A stretch of DNA of 57,399 nucleotides from an uncultured Rhodothermaceae bacterium (GTDB taxonomy: Bacteria; Bacteroidota; Rhodothermia; Rhodothermales; DASSAV01). The stretch is taken from assembly GCA_965365465.1 (NCBI GenBank), contig CBDUBU010000001.1, positions 1 to 57,399 of the forward strand, written 5' to 3'. Positions 19,299 through 29,876 of this stretch are shown piece by piece (the stretch's first letter is position 1; each line of letters begins with the position of its first letter). The translations under genes and the position numbers were made by a program. A model generated the notes under the pieces. The model saw nothing but the letters and a program-made list of their open reading frames with translations. It was not told where the DNA came from and did no database searches.

Positions 19299-20335
19299 CG
19301 GAATACCTGAGACTCATTGCCGAAGGAGGCGCGCTCACCCAGACCCAGGCAGAACAGGTCATGCACGTTATGCTCCGAGGTGAAGCCGGCCCCGAAGAAA
19401 CGGCAGGGCTGCTCATGGGGCTGCGTGCCCGTGGAGAAACCCTTCAGGAACTGGTTGGCTTCACACGCATCATGCGTCAGTATGCCACCGCCATAGAACT
19501 CAATGATCCGCACGCTATAGACCTGTGCGGCACAGGCGGCGACAACACCGGCGCTTTCAATATTTCTACCGCAGCTTCTTTTGTTTGCGCAGGCGCAGGA
19601 GTCACGGTTGCAAAACACGGCAACCGATCTGTTTCATCCAAGTGCGGCTCCGCCGATGTACTGGAAGCATTGGGCGTGAATGTTGAATTGCGCAAGGCCG
19701 GCGTGGAGTACTGCCTCAAAGAAGCCGGGATAGCATTTATCTTTGCGCCTTTCTTTCATCCGGCGCTTCGACATGTAATGCCGGTTCGGAAAAAGCTCGC
19801 GGCCCGTACTTTTTTCAATATCCTCGGGCCATTGTGCAATCCTGCCGGTGTGCGTCGCCAGCTCGTGGGTGCTTTCAGTATTGATGTGGCACAGTTAATG
19901 GCGAGCATACTCAGCCGACTCGATGCCTTGCATGTGGTCGCAGTACATTCTGAAGACGGAATGGATGAAATCTCGCTTTCTGCCGGCACACAGGCGTTTG
20001 AATATTCAGCGCTTCCAGGCGAACGAGCAAGATCGATCAAACCGGTGAATATTTCTCCTGAGCAACATGGATTCTCCTGTGTAGAAATTGAGGTTCTCAG
20101 GGGAGGAACAGCAGGGGACAATGCTGCCCTTCTGAAGAATGTGCTCCTCGGTAAACATGGGCCGCACCGGGATATCGTGATGCTTAATGCGGCCTATGCC
20201 TTGCACGCCAGCGGGCGCTTTAGCAGTCTCAGCGACTGCTTCGGCGCTGCCCGCGAGAGCATTGACTCCGGCGCTGCTCTTCGCTGCCTGGATAATCTGA
20301 TTTCGGCCTCCCGGCACGCTCCGCAATCTACCTGA
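19295..20335 (+). CDS. trpD: Anthranilate phosphoribosyltransferase
   Basis: DLCGTGGDN.GAFNISTA and KHGNRS.SSK.GSADVLEALG. There is an ATGA overlap with the trpG stop. Confidence 0.95.
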   Translation: MTEYLRLIAEGGALTQTQAEQVMHVMLRGEAGPEETAGLLMGLRARGETLQELVGFTRIMRQYATAIELNDPHAIDLCGTGGDNTGAFNISTAASFVCAGAGVTVAKHGNRSVSSKCGSADVLEALGVNVELRKAGVEYCLKEAGIAFIFAPFFHPALRHVMPVRKKLAARTFFNILGPLCNPAGVRRQLVGAFSIDVAQLMASILSRLDALHVVAVHSEDGMDEISLSAGTQAFEYSALPGERARSIKPVNISPEQHGFSCVEIEVLRGGTAGDNAALLKNVLLGKHGPHRDIVMLNAAYALHASGRFSSLSDCFGAARESIDSGAALRCLDNLISASRHAPQST

Positions 20336-20397
20336 CCGCCGACAGTCACGAAGTATCCGGACAGCCCTGTTATGTCCACTTACACACTGAAGGATTT

Positions 20398-21222
20398 ATG
20401 AGTATCCTGGACCGCATTCTGACTGAAACACGCGATTTGGTCGCCTGCCGTAAAAAAGCTGTTCCCCTGAGCGTACTAGAGGAATCCCCTTATTTCTCCG
20501 GTCCAACGCTCTCTCTTGAACAGGCGCTGCGGGCGAAAGACCTCTCCTTCATTGCAGAGATCAAGAAAGCATCCCCTTCCCAGGGAATTATCCGGGCAGA
20601 TTTTGATGTGCAGACGATAGCCAGACAGTACAAAATGAATGGAGCAGCAGCGATCTCAGTTCTTACCGAACCCAGATTCTTCAAAGGCTCGCTGGATAAC
20701 CTGGCAATTGCAAGACAGGCAGTAGACCTCCCACTGTTGCGTAAAGACTTTATTCTGGACGAATTCCAACTCTATGAGGCGCGCGCTTACGGCGCCGATG
20801 CCGTCCTCCTGATTGCTGCTGCGCTGGATGGCCGGCAACTGTTCGATCTCCACCAGGCCGCCAGTGAAATGGGCCTGTCTTGCCTTGTCGAAATCTATAG
20901 ACTGGAGGAGATGGATAAAATCGACTTTAACCAGGTTTCTATACTTGGCGTGAATAACCGGGACCTGCACACTTTCGAGGTAGATATCAACCATTCCCTC
21001 CGCGCCTTCTCCTGTGCGCCGCCGGATGTCGTCAGGGTTTCGGAAAGCGGTCTTCGAACTCCTGAAGATCTCCTTCACCTTTACCGTAATGGCGTAGACG
21101 CAGTGCTGATTGGAGAGACTTTTATGAGAGCTTCGGATCCGGGCGTTAGTTTACGTTCCATGCGTGAGGCCGTAGTTGCGCCTCCTCCTGCTACAGCTTC
21201 TCATTTAAGAAGAGTCGTCTGA
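20398..21222 (+). CDS. trpC: Indole-3-glycerol-phosphate synthase
   Basis: [43 protein letters not shown] and GVNNRDL.TFEVD. Confidence 0.95.
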   Translation: MSILDRILTETRDLVACRKKAVPLSVLEESPYFSGPTLSLEQALRAKDLSFIAEIKKASPSQGIIRADFDVQTIARQYKMNGAAAISVLTEPRFFKGSLDNLAIARQAVDLPLLRKDFILDEFQLYEARAYGADAVLLIAAALDGRQLFDLHQAASEMGLSCLVEIYRLEEMDKIDFNQVSILGVNNRDLHTFEVDINHSLRAFSCAPPDVVRVSESGLRTPEDLLHLYRNGVDAVLIGETFMRASDPGVSLRSMREAVVAPPPATASHLRRVV

Positions 21223-21301
21223 AAGTCCTGGTTATGATCCGGAAGATTACGAAAGCATTCATGAATCACAGACAGCGCAAGCAAAGGTATTTAAGCTACA
21301 G

Positions 21302-21961
21302 ATGACAACGAAAATCAAAATATGCGGGATAACGACGCTTGAAGATGCGAGGTATTGCGCTGCTGCAGGCGCTGACTACCTTGGCTTCATACAGTATCCG
21401 CAGAGCCCTCGCTACATAGCCCCTGACGCCGCACGAGACATCATCGAATGGGTATATGGCCCTGCCCCTGTCGGAGTTTTTGTGAACGAGAGTCCCGATG
21501 TCATTAACCGGATTGCTGAGAAGGCCGGCTTTTCCTACATCCAGCTTCACGGCAACGAGTCTCCGGAAGTCTGTGCAAAAATCGAGCGTCCTGTCATCAA
21601 GGCCCTTCAGGTTGTTCATGACGCATCCTCCGAACAACTGCGCGCCTTGATGGAAGCATACGAGGAAAATGTCACGTACTTCTTGCTCGACACATTCAAT
21701 ACAAGCCTGTGGGGCGGCACCGGCGAGTCATTCAACTGGCGCCTGGCGCGTGATCTCTCAACGGAATACCAGATCTTCCTGGCAGGAGGCATCAATGCCG
21801 ATAACGTGGCCGACGCCGTACACACCATGCATCCGTTTTGCATCGACGTGTCCAGCAGCCTTGAGTCAGCGCCGGGAAAAAAAGATTTTGACAAACTGGC
21901 GGCCTTCTTTCAAGCGCTTGACAAGTTGAAGGGTGCGCCTGAAGAAAGATCTATGCGTTAG
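21302..21961 (+). CDS. trpF: Phosphoribosylanthranilate isomerase
   Basis: KICGIT..EDA......GADYLGFI....SPRYI, QLHG.E and LLD......GGTG..F.W... Confidence 0.93.
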   Translation: MTTKIKICGITTLEDARYCAAAGADYLGFIQYPQSPRYIAPDAARDIIEWVYGPAPVGVFVNESPDVINRIAEKAGFSYIQLHGNESPEVCAKIERPVIKALQVVHDASSEQLRALMEAYEENVTYFLLDTFNTSLWGGTGESFNWRLARDLSTEYQIFLAGGINADNVADAVHTMHPFCIDVSSSLESAPGKKDFDKLAAFFQALDKLKGAPEERSMR

Positions 21962-22026
21962 CCTCCCGCAATGTGCTCTTCGTGAGCCAGGTTTACGGTT
22001 CCAAAACCTTAACTTCCCTGGAAATA

Positions 22027-23235
22027 ATGACTGTGAATGCTCTACTGGTTCAGTCCTATTCAGCGCCTGATATATCCGGCCATTTCGGTCCCTATGGCGG
22101 AACCTTTGTTCCGGAAATACTGATTCCGGCATTGGAATCCTTGAAAGAGGCTTACAGTCAGTCTCAAGAGGACCCCCTCTTTGATGAAGAATACAGATCC
22201 CTCCTGAAAGAATATGTAGGCCGCCCCACGCCTCTCACCTACTGTGAACGGCTATCCCAGGCCCTGAACGGTCCCCGTATTTTTCTAAAGCGGGAAGACC
22301 TCTGTCATACCGGAGCGCACAAAATCAACAACACCATTGGCCAGATTCTGCTCGCGCGGCGAATGGGCAAACGTCGCATTATTGCTGAGACCGGCGCTGG
22401 TCAGCACGGCGTTGCTACAGCGACGGTGTGCGCCCGTTTTGGACTGGAATGCGTAGTCTACATGGGAGCGGAAGATGTTGAACGACAGCACCTTAATGTT
22501 TTGCGCATGAAGTTGCTGGGCGCAGAGGTGCGCCCGGTGGTCAGCGGCAGCCAGACCCTCAAGGATGCCACTAACGAGGCCATTCGGGATTGGGTAACCC
22601 ATGTCGATGATACGTTTTACATCATCGGTTCCGTAGTCGGCCCGCACCCGTACCCGATGATGGTAAGGGATTTTCAGCGCGTTATCGGTGATGAAACGCG
22701 CTTGCAGTTACAGTCCATAGAGGGACGGGAAGCGCCGGATGCCGTTGTGGCGTGCGTAGGAGGAGGCTCTAACGCAATGGGAATTTTCTATCCCTTTCTG
22801 GATATGCATGACGTGCGCCTTTATGGCGTCGAAGCAGCAGGAGAGGGAATCGGCGGTAAGCACGCTGCTACCCTGACCTGCGGGCAGCCGGGGATCTTGC
22901 ATGGCACGCTGAGTTATCTGCTCCAGGATGAAGACGGGCAAGTGCAACTGGCTCATTCCGTTTCAGCCGGACTTGACTACCCTGGTGTAGGCCCCGAACA
23001 CTCTTTTTTGAAGGACATCAAACGCGTTTCATACCATACCGCTACTGATGAAGAGGCCGTTGAAGCGGTTCGCTTGCTGTCACGCACGGAAGGGATCATA
23101 CCCGCCCTGGAAACAGCCCATGCTATCGCGTTTCTTTCAAAACTCGCCCCCGAAATGGACCGCAGCCAGATCGTAGTCGTCAACTGTTCGGGGCGCGGCG
23201 ACAAGGACATGGGAACCATCTCTCAGTTCCTCTAG
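22027..23235 (+). CDS. trpB: Tryptophan synthase beta chain
   Basis: [27 protein letters not shown] (PLP lysine), [10 protein letters not shown] and GGGSNA.G.F. Start moved to ATG 22027. Confidence 0.96.
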   Translation: MTVNALLVQSYSAPDISGHFGPYGGTFVPEILIPALESLKEAYSQSQEDPLFDEEYRSLLKEYVGRPTPLTYCERLSQALNGPRIFLKREDLCHTGAHKINNTIGQILLARRMGKRRIIAETGAGQHGVATATVCARFGLECVVYMGAEDVERQHLNVLRMKLLGAEVRPVVSGSQTLKDATNEAIRDWVTHVDDTFYIIGSVVGPHPYPMMVRDFQRVIGDETRLQLQSIEGREAPDAVVACVGGGSNAMGIFYPFLDMHDVRLYGVEAAGEGIGGKHAATLTCGQPGILHGTLSYLLQDEDGQVQLAHSVSAGLDYPGVGPEHSFLKDIKRVSYHTATDEEAVEAVRLLSRTEGIIPALETAHAIAFLSKLAPEMDRSQIVVVNCSGRGDKDMGTISQFL

Positions 23236-23278
23236 CGCCGGCACGGATAACCCTCGCCTTTATTGGAGCTTTCAAGAA

Positions 23279-24103
23279 ATGTCTAGAATTCGCACCTCCC
23301 TTTCCACTCTCCGCACACGCAATGAGAAAGCCACGGGTATTTTTCTGACCAATGGCTTTCCGGATCTGGATAGCACGCTTCCTCTCCTTCACGCCATCGA
23401 GGAAGGAGGCGCTGATTTCATCGAGCTGGGAATGCCTTTTAGCGACCCGCTTGGCGAGGGCATACCCATCCAGCGGGCCAACGAGCGCTCACTCAGGAAC
23501 GGAGTCCGTATGTCGGATGCATTCCGCGTAGTGGAACAGTTTCGATCAGCAAGCGAAACGCCCCTGCTCCTCATGGGCTATATCAATCCTGTACATCACT
23601 ACGGCGTTCGTTCGTTTTGCCGGGATGCGAGCGCTTCGGGCGCGGATGGTCTCATTCTCCTCGACCTCCCTCCTCAGGAAAGCGAAATGATAAGGTCGGA
23701 GGCCGAGCAGGCAGGACTTGACCTCGTTTTCCTGATCGCCCCCAATACACCGGATGAACGTATCGTTGAGATCGACGAACGCGCCACTGCCTTTGTATAT
23801 GCAGTATCGGTAGCAGGACTAACGGGAGCCAGTCTGAGACACATTGAGTCAGTCGAGGACTATCTCCACAGAGCCAGACATCTTGTTCGCCGCAACCCAC
23901 TCCTGGTGGGGTTCGGAATCAAATCTCATGAAGATGCCGTGCGTCTGAGCCGCCATACCGATGGATTCTTTGTAGGCTCTGCGCTGATAAGCCTGATAGA
24001 GCAACTCTGGGCCGATGAGAACGTCTCTTCTGATGAACGGCTTGCCCGCGTGCGCGGCTACGTCTCCACTCTGAAAAAGGGGCCTATGGTGGATGTGCCA
24101 TGA
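23279..24103 (+). CDS. trpA: Tryptophan synthase alpha chain
   Basis: [39 protein letters not shown] and GFGI.... Confidence 0.95.
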   Translation: MSRIRTSLSTLRTRNEKATGIFLTNGFPDLDSTLPLLHAIEEGGADFIELGMPFSDPLGEGIPIQRANERSLRNGVRMSDAFRVVEQFRSASETPLLLMGYINPVHHYGVRSFCRDASASGADGLILLDLPPQESEMIRSEAEQAGLDLVFLIAPNTPDERIVEIDERATAFVYAVSVAGLTGASLRHIESVEDYLHRARHLVRRNPLLVGFGIKSHEDAVRLSRHTDGFFVGSALISLIEQLWADENVSSDERLARVRGYVSTLKKGPMVDVP

Positions 24104-24296
24104 TTATGTAAACCCCTCCTGTGAATGGCAACACGATGCATTGCTAAACGTTGTACCCATCATACCATCGTTGCCTGCATTCAACTGCTGTTTCTACCGG
24201 CTAAAACATACCACCCCTGATTTTCCACCCAACGTATGGGCATAGCCTGAAGTAGTAGAAACCTGTGCGCCATTTATAAATCAGTATCTATTTGTT

Positions 24297-25460
24297 ATGC
24301 AGACCATAAACAGGGCCTTTCGCGCCGTCAGATCGACAGACGTTCCATGCTCACCTCTCCTTATCTCTGCGTTTCTCTCCCTGTTATTCCTTGTTGTAAC
24401 CGGCTGTGGAGATGTTGACTACAGACCCAGCGCCGTAGGAAAGGAAGGGGAAATTACTATTATCATGGATACCTCTCGGTGGAACGGCGAGGTTGGCAGA
24501 GAACTTCGGGATGAGCTTGGCAAATATATCAGTACACTCCCTGCTCCCGAACCCGCCTTCACCCTTCGTCCGGCAGGTATTGAAAACCAGTTTGAGATCA
24601 TCAAGAGCCAGAAAAACATCGTGGTTGCTGCGGCGCTCAGCGATTCTACGAGCGAAGCTGCCTTCCTGCGCGCCCGCCTCCCGGAGGATGCCAGAGAAGT
24701 TCTTCGCAGCACCGGCGGCGCACTTGTGCAACGCCCCAACCTCTGGCGTCAGAACCAGATGGTTGTTTATCTGGTTGCGGAGACGCCGCAAGACCTCGTT
24801 GCCACTATTGAAGAAAACGGGGCTGATCTGCGCTATATTTTCAACACCATAACCCGTCGGCGTGTACAGGCAGACATGTTCGACAAGGGAAGACAGGAAG
24901 CTGTTGAGGATCAACTCATAGAAAAACATGGGTTTGCCGTAAATGCGCAACACGATTATTTCATTGCCATTGACACGACAAATTTCGTGTGGCTTCGCCG
25001 TGTGCTCTCGGATACCTGGCGCAGTCTCTTCATTTATGACGAAGATCGGGCGGACCCCTCTAAAATAACTCCGGAATGGATCTATGCAACCCGCGATTCG
25101 CTGACTCGCCAGTGGGTGCAGGGTAATTTAGGTGGATGGGTTCAAATAGACAGGGATCGGCCTCTGGTTACCGAGAACATCAACTTTCTGGGCCGCTATG
25201 GATTTGAAACACGCGGATTGTGGGTTATGATGAACCAGGGACCGGACGGATCTACCTATCCTAGTCAGGGAGGTCCTTTTGTCACCTATACTTTTTACGA
25301 CGAACCCACAGGTCAGATTATCATGATCGACGGCATGGTGTTCGCGCCGGGCTACGAAAAACGAGAGTTCCTGCGTCAGTTAGAAGTGATCGCGCATACG
25401 TTTCGCACACAAGAGGAAACTGACCGGGCGGAACAAATGGCAGTGAAAGCCGGCTCCTGA
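24297..25460 (+). CDS. Hypothetical lipoprotein (DUF4837-like?)
   Basis: 387 aa with lipobox LVVTGC. I recognise no catalytic motif, and the family guess comes only from size and context. Confidence 0.55.
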   Translation: MQTINRAFRAVRSTDVPCSPLLISAFLSLLFLVVTGCGDVDYRPSAVGKEGEITIIMDTSRWNGEVGRELRDELGKYISTLPAPEPAFTLRPAGIENQFEIIKSQKNIVVAAALSDSTSEAAFLRARLPEDAREVLRSTGGALVQRPNLWRQNQMVVYLVAETPQDLVATIEENGADLRYIFNTITRRRVQADMFDKGRQEAVEDQLIEKHGFAVNAQHDYFIAIDTTNFVWLRRVLSDTWRSLFIYDEDRADPSKITPEWIYATRDSLTRQWVQGNLGGWVQIDRDRPLVTENINFLGRYGFETRGLWVMMNQGPDGSTYPSQGGPFVTYTFYDEPTGQIIMIDGMVFAPGYEKREFLRQLEVIAHTFRTQEETDRAEQMAVKAGS

Positions 25461-25609
25461 AAGCGCCGAACATCATAGTGATTTCTTCTCCAGGCAGAAT
25501 ATCACAGAGCGCTTTTTCCGCCTGCAACCATTCCGACCTGAACGGTAATCAGACCAGAAAAAACTATAACTCCGGCGCAATTCGGAAAGAATTACTAGAA
25601 TCTATTCGC

Positions 25610-26536
25610 ATGAACAATACAGAACCTACTACCATCCAGGAAGAAAAAACCGGTGTTGATCCCTTTGTGCTGCGGCTGGGACTGCCGAAGGGTAGCCTCC
25701 AGGAATCAACCTTTGAACTGCTTGATCGCGCCGGCTACAGCTTCAGCGTCCGCGAACGCTCTTATTTTCCTTCTATAGACGATGACGAATTAACAGCTAT
25801 GCTCGTGAGAGCGCAGGAAATAGCGCGGTATGTGCAGGATGGCGTATTTGATGCAGGAATAACCGGTAAGGATTGGATCATCGAGACAGGAGCCGAAGTC
25901 ATCGCCGTAGACGACCTGATCTACTCGAAGAGCAGTATGCGCCCGGTGCGGTGGGTGCTCGCCGTTTCGGAAGATTCCGACATCCAGACTGTTTACGATC
26001 TCGAAGGCAAGCGGATCGCTACCGAGGTAGTCAACATCACCCGCACCTGGCTGGAGCAGCACGGCGTCACTGCCGAGATTGAGTTCTCCTGGGGCGCCAC
26101 GGAAGCAAAATGTCCGGAACTGGTTGATGCCATTGTGGAGGTCACCGAAACGGGATCCTCTCTGCGCGCCAACAAGCTCCGGATCGTAGACGTTCTCATG
26201 GAATCCAACACGCAACTCATTGCCAACAAGGAAGCCTGGAATGATCCCTGGAAACGCCAGAAGATTGAAAACATAGCCATGCTTATGCAGGGCGCAATCC
26301 GGGCGGAAGGAAAAGTAGGGCTGAAATTAAACGCCAGAAGATCGGACGTTGAGAGCATTGTAGACTTGCTCCCTGCGCTTCGCAAGCCCACCGTTTCACC
26401 TCTTGCCAATGGCGGCGAATGGGTAGCCGTTGAAACGGTAATTGAAGAACGTGAGGTGCGGAAGCTGATTCCCGCATTGAAGCGTGCGGGCGCCGAAGGA
26501 ATCATTGAGTACGCCCTGAGCAAGATTATTCCCTGA
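25610..26536 (+). CDS. hisG: ATP phosphoribosyltransferase, long form
   Basis: [11 protein letters not shown]......[22 protein letters not shown] and a C-terminal regulatory domain are present. Start moved to ATG 25610. Confidence 0.9.
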   Translation: MNNTEPTTIQEEKTGVDPFVLRLGLPKGSLQESTFELLDRAGYSFSVRERSYFPSIDDDELTAMLVRAQEIARYVQDGVFDAGITGKDWIIETGAEVIAVDDLIYSKSSMRPVRWVLAVSEDSDIQTVYDLEGKRIATEVVNITRTWLEQHGVTAEIEFSWGATEAKCPELVDAIVEVTETGSSLRANKLRIVDVLMESNTQLIANKEAWNDPWKRQKIENIAMLMQGAIRAEGKVGLKLNARRSDVESIVDLLPALRKPTVSPLANGGEWVAVETVIEEREVRKLIPALKRAGAEGIIEYALSKIIP

Positions 26537-26604
26537 ACAAACAGGCGTCACCCTGCCCCTGCGCTGCAAAATGGGCTGCTATGATGCATTCCCGAACCAC
26601 GAGG

Positions 26605-27576
26605 TCAACGGACAACGCGAAGCAAGTGTACGCTGAAGAGTTGATCGGCGTCGGTCCATACTCCCTCGGCTTCAAATCCAGCCGACCCGGCAAGTCTGGC
26701 AAAGCCGTCAAGACTGTACTTGTATGAGTTTTCCGTGTGGATGGTCTCCCCCCTCTGGAAGAATACTTTTGCATCACCAACTCTGACCGTCTGATCTGAA
26801 AGACTTACCAGATGCATTTCTATGCGGCCCTGCTCCGTGTTATAACAGGCTCGGTGTTCAAACAGATCCAGACGGAAGGCCCCTCCCACTTCGCGGTTGA
26901 TGCGCCGTAGCAGGTTCAGGTTAAACGCCGCCGTTACTCCTTTTTTGTCGTTGTAAGCTTCCTCCAGAACCTGTACGTCTTTCTTGAGATCCACTCCAAT
27001 CAGCAGCTTGCCCCCCTTTCCACACACCTGCGCAACGCGGGAGAGAAAAGTCTGTGCCTCCGCCGGATCGAAGTTGCCGATGGTTGAACCGGGGAAGTAA
27101 ACGACATTCCGGGATACCTGCCCTTCCATCTGAGGAAGCTGAAACAGGTTCGTATAGTCCGCACATACCGGACGTATAACGAGGTTAGGATATGCCTGGG
27201 AGAGCCGCGCCGCTGATTGCATCAGGTGCGGGCGAGAAATGTCGATAGGTACGTAGCCGGCCAGACGCTCAAGATGATCCAGAAGAATACGTGTCTTCAA
27301 ACTGCTGCCGCTTCCGTACTCGATCAAGCAACAATCCCGTCCCAGGTGCGGCGCTATCTCGCCAATGTACTGCTGCATGATTGACCATTCGGTGCGGGTA
27401 GGATAATACTCCTCCAGATCACAAATAGCATCAAACAGCTTGGATCCCTCTTCGTCATAAAGATACTTGCAGGGAACGGTTTTCTGCGGCTGTCCGAGGC
27501 CGGAAAGCACATCCCCCAGAAACTGCTCAATGTCGGGACCTTCGTCGTAAAACAGATTGGTTGCGGCTGTAATCAT
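26605..27576 (-). CDS. egtD: L-histidine N-alpha-methyltransferase (ergothioneine biosynthesis)
   Basis: Collinear with mycobacterial EgtD from memory: K.LYDEEGS.LFD.I..LEEYYPTRTE, EYGSGSS.KTR.LL, FPGSTIGNF, GVDL.KD, AYND..GVTAAFN.N.L.R.NRE and IEMHL.S. Confidence 0.87.
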   Translation of the reverse strand: MITAATNLFYDEGPDIEQFLGDVLSGLGQPQKTVPCKYLYDEEGSKLFDAICDLEEYYPTRTEWSIMQQYIGEIAPHLGRDCCLIEYGSGSSLKTRILLDHLERLAGYVPIDISRPHLMQSAARLSQAYPNLVIRPVCADYTNLFQLPQMEGQVSRNVVYFPGSTIGNFDPAEAQTFLSRVAQVCGKGGKLLIGVDLKKDVQVLEEAYNDKKGVTAAFNLNLLRRINREVGGAFRLDLFEHRACYNTEQGRIEMHLVSLSDQTVRVGDAKVFFQRGETIHTENSYKYSLDGFARLAGSAGFEAEGVWTDADQLFSVHLLRVVR

Positions 27577-27699
27577 GCTTTTATCCTTGAAAACGATGGC
27601 TTCCAGAACTTGATGAAGTCTGTAAAGGCAACTGCTTATACTGGCAACCGTAGGGCCTCAAGGGAGAGGCGCTGGCATTTCAGCTTCCGGCAAAACGAT

Positions 27700-29013
27700 T
27701 TACACATCCCTGGCAAGGCGAATCCCCATAAACTGCCAGGCAGACTCCGGAGGAAAGAAGTTGCGATAGGTGGGGCGAATGTGCCTTTCCGATGTTGCGC
27801 AGGAACCACCGCGCAATACATACTGGTTGCACATAAATTTTCCATTGTATTCCCCTAGAGCGCCCGGAGATGCCTGATAACCGGGATACGGAGCATACGA
27901 ACTGCGGGTCCACTCCCATACATCTCCATACATTTGCAGCAGAGAATCCGGATGTTCTGTTTCCTGGACCGGCGCAGGATGATAGTATCCGCGTTCGACG
28001 AAATTACCCGAGATCGGAACGTCCTGTGAAGCAACTTCCCATTCCTGTTCAATAAGGAGACGCGCTCCTGCCCAACGCGCGTATGCATCGGCTTCGAAAT
28101 AGCTGACGTGACATACCGGCTCGCGCTCGTCTACCTCGCGCATACCACTGAGCGTATAGGTGTACCAACGCCCGTCATGCTTTTCCCAGTAGAAAGGCTC
28201 GCGCCATTTTTTCTCTCCGACCACGGCCCATCCCATCGAAAGCCAGAGTTCCGGCCGCTCATACCCCCCATCGTCCATAAAAGCCAGATACTCGCCATTC
28301 GTCACCAACCTGGACGACAATTCAAATTCGTTTAGATAATAACGATGATGCGGCTCTTCGTTATCGTAATGGAAACCATCTCCTGTGTGTCCAACCTCGT
28401 AAACACCCTCGTCGAAATGAATCCACTTCATTTCCGGCAAACTTGCTCGCTTCGCTTCCCCTGTTTCACGGTATATCGGCCTCAAAGGGTTGACTGAAAG
28501 AACATGCTTGATGTCCGTGAGGATCAGTTCCTGGTGTTGCTGTTCATGATGAAGTCCTATCTCAATCAGCGGATCAACAGTGCGCCGTTTCCCCTCGCCA
28601 GCCGTTTCCAGAAATTCTTGCATGTGTTCATCTATGTATGCACGATAGGCATATACCTCGCGCACAGTAGGACGCGAAAGGTAGCCGCGTTTGTCGCGGC
28701 AGTGCCGCTCTCCTGCCTGTACATAGTAGGAGTTGAAGAGATATGCATAACGCGGGTGGAAGGGCTTGTACCCCGGCATATGGGCAACCAGAACAAACGT
28801 CTCAAAGAACCAGCTAACGTGCGCCAGATGCCACTTTGTCGGGCTTACGTCTACCATTGTCTGAACGACACAGTCCTCAGCCTCCAGCGGCTCACACAGA
28901 AACTCAGTGAAACTGCGCACGCGGCGGTAGCGCTCAATCAAGTTGCCATACGGTAGAGAGGTAGAATTCGAGGCGCCAGGGGAGGAAAGTTTTACTTCTG
29001 TCTCCATGAACAC
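27700..29013 (-). CDS. egtB: Ergothioneine biosynthesis sulfoxide synthase (hercynine oxygenase), DinB_2 + FGE-sulfatase domains
   Basis: N-terminal DinB-like HxxxH...H context (KWHLAHVSWFFE, HHEQQHQEL). The C-terminal FGE-like domain has GDVWEWT.S.Y.PYPGY....GALGEYNGKFM.NQYVLRGGS.AT. Confidence 0.87.
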   Translation of the reverse strand: MFMETEVKLSSPGASNSTSLPYGNLIERYRRVRSFTEFLCEPLEAEDCVVQTMVDVSPTKWHLAHVSWFFETFVLVAHMPGYKPFHPRYAYLFNSYYVQAGERHCRDKRGYLSRPTVREVYAYRAYIDEHMQEFLETAGEGKRRTVDPLIEIGLHHEQQHQELILTDIKHVLSVNPLRPIYRETGEAKRASLPEMKWIHFDEGVYEVGHTGDGFHYDNEEPHHRYYLNEFELSSRLVTNGEYLAFMDDGGYERPELWLSMGWAVVGEKKWREPFYWEKHDGRWYTYTLSGMREVDEREPVCHVSYFEADAYARWAGARLLIEQEWEVASQDVPISGNFVERGYYHPAPVQETEHPDSLLQMYGDVWEWTRSSYAPYPGYQASPGALGEYNGKFMCNQYVLRGGSCATSERHIRPTYRNFFPPESAWQFMGIRLARDV

Positions 29014-29354
29014 AGGGTTCTGTCTGAGTGGATGATGCTTTTCGAATCGTGGTCAGGGCTAGGCCTTTGTGCCGCGCCGCCCATAGAGGTTACTGTCAGG
29101 CTGCAAGAAAGATCGACCTTGAGCGCGTAAACTATCTGTTACGAGCAATGCTATGCACGCCTGCCGTCAGCGTGAACCAGTGGTATATTCCTGGAGATGC
29201 CTGAAAGAATTTTCATTGCCTGGGTCGCCGGTTGATAAAATTAGGCTGAATCAGTTTTAACTTATAGTAGGCGGCGTGCTTGCTCACCCCAGGCATATTG
29301 AGGCCGCAGAATCATATGGAAAGGTAAAACACAAATGTCTTTTGGAGGCGCAAC

Positions 29355-29591
29355 ATGAAACAGTCGAAAACGCCTGTCTCAGGCGGTTTTGTGAGTAGTT
29401 TACGTTCTCTTGTTTTGGCGGGTATGTTTGCCCTGCTCATCATTCTGCCGGGTTGCGGCAACGATGATGCAATAGAAACAGCTCCAGCCGATACTACCAT
29501 GATGCAAGACCCTGCATACATGGATATGGATACAATGGCAACAGACACGCTGGGTATGGATGCAATGGGCATAGACACTACCGCGTATTAA
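29355..29591 (+). CDS. Small Met/Asp/Thr-rich lipoprotein
   Basis: 78 aa. The signal peptide has lipobox ILPGC. The mature 45-aa part contains the repeat MD[TA]M[AG][TI]DT twice. A strong terminator follows. Confidence 0.5.
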   Translation: MKQSKTPVSGGFVSSLRSLVLAGMFALLIILPGCGNDDAIETAPADTTMMQDPAYMDMDTMATDTLGMDAMGIDTTAY

Positions 29592-29638
29592 TGCCTTTTA
29601 CCTGAACTCCTGAGAAAAGGCGCTTGCCGGGATGCCAT

Positions 29639-29678
29639 AAGCAGGGGTGTGACCAGATCACACCCCTGCTTCATTTTC
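29639..29678 (+). terminator. Intrinsic terminator
   Basis: 14-bp perfect stem AAGCAGGGGTGTGA/TCACACCCCTGCTT with a 5-nt loop, followed by CATTTTC. Confidence 0.75.
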
Positions 29679-29876
29679 AAACCTTTTCTTTTGTTCTCCC
29701 CCCATTGCCGCTTCCTGTTTTTCTTACGCCGCACTCCCCTGAACCCATGCCTCTCGATATCTTTACATGCGATTCGTTGAATGCGTTATTATATTCTTGT
29801 AACGTAGCCCTGTAAGCCGAACAGCGTTATACCCTGACGCCGTCGCCTTGATTAATGTTTTTAACGATCCGAGGTT

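Noticed and set aside
25461-25609. Possible His-codon leader upstream of hisG
   Set aside because: CATCAT occurs once, but not within an ATG-initiated mini-ORF. There is no run of His codons and no terminator.
25993-26523. 176-aa reverse ORF inside hisG
   Set aside because: It is antisense to hisG and has Ser/Thr/Ala-rich shadow composition.
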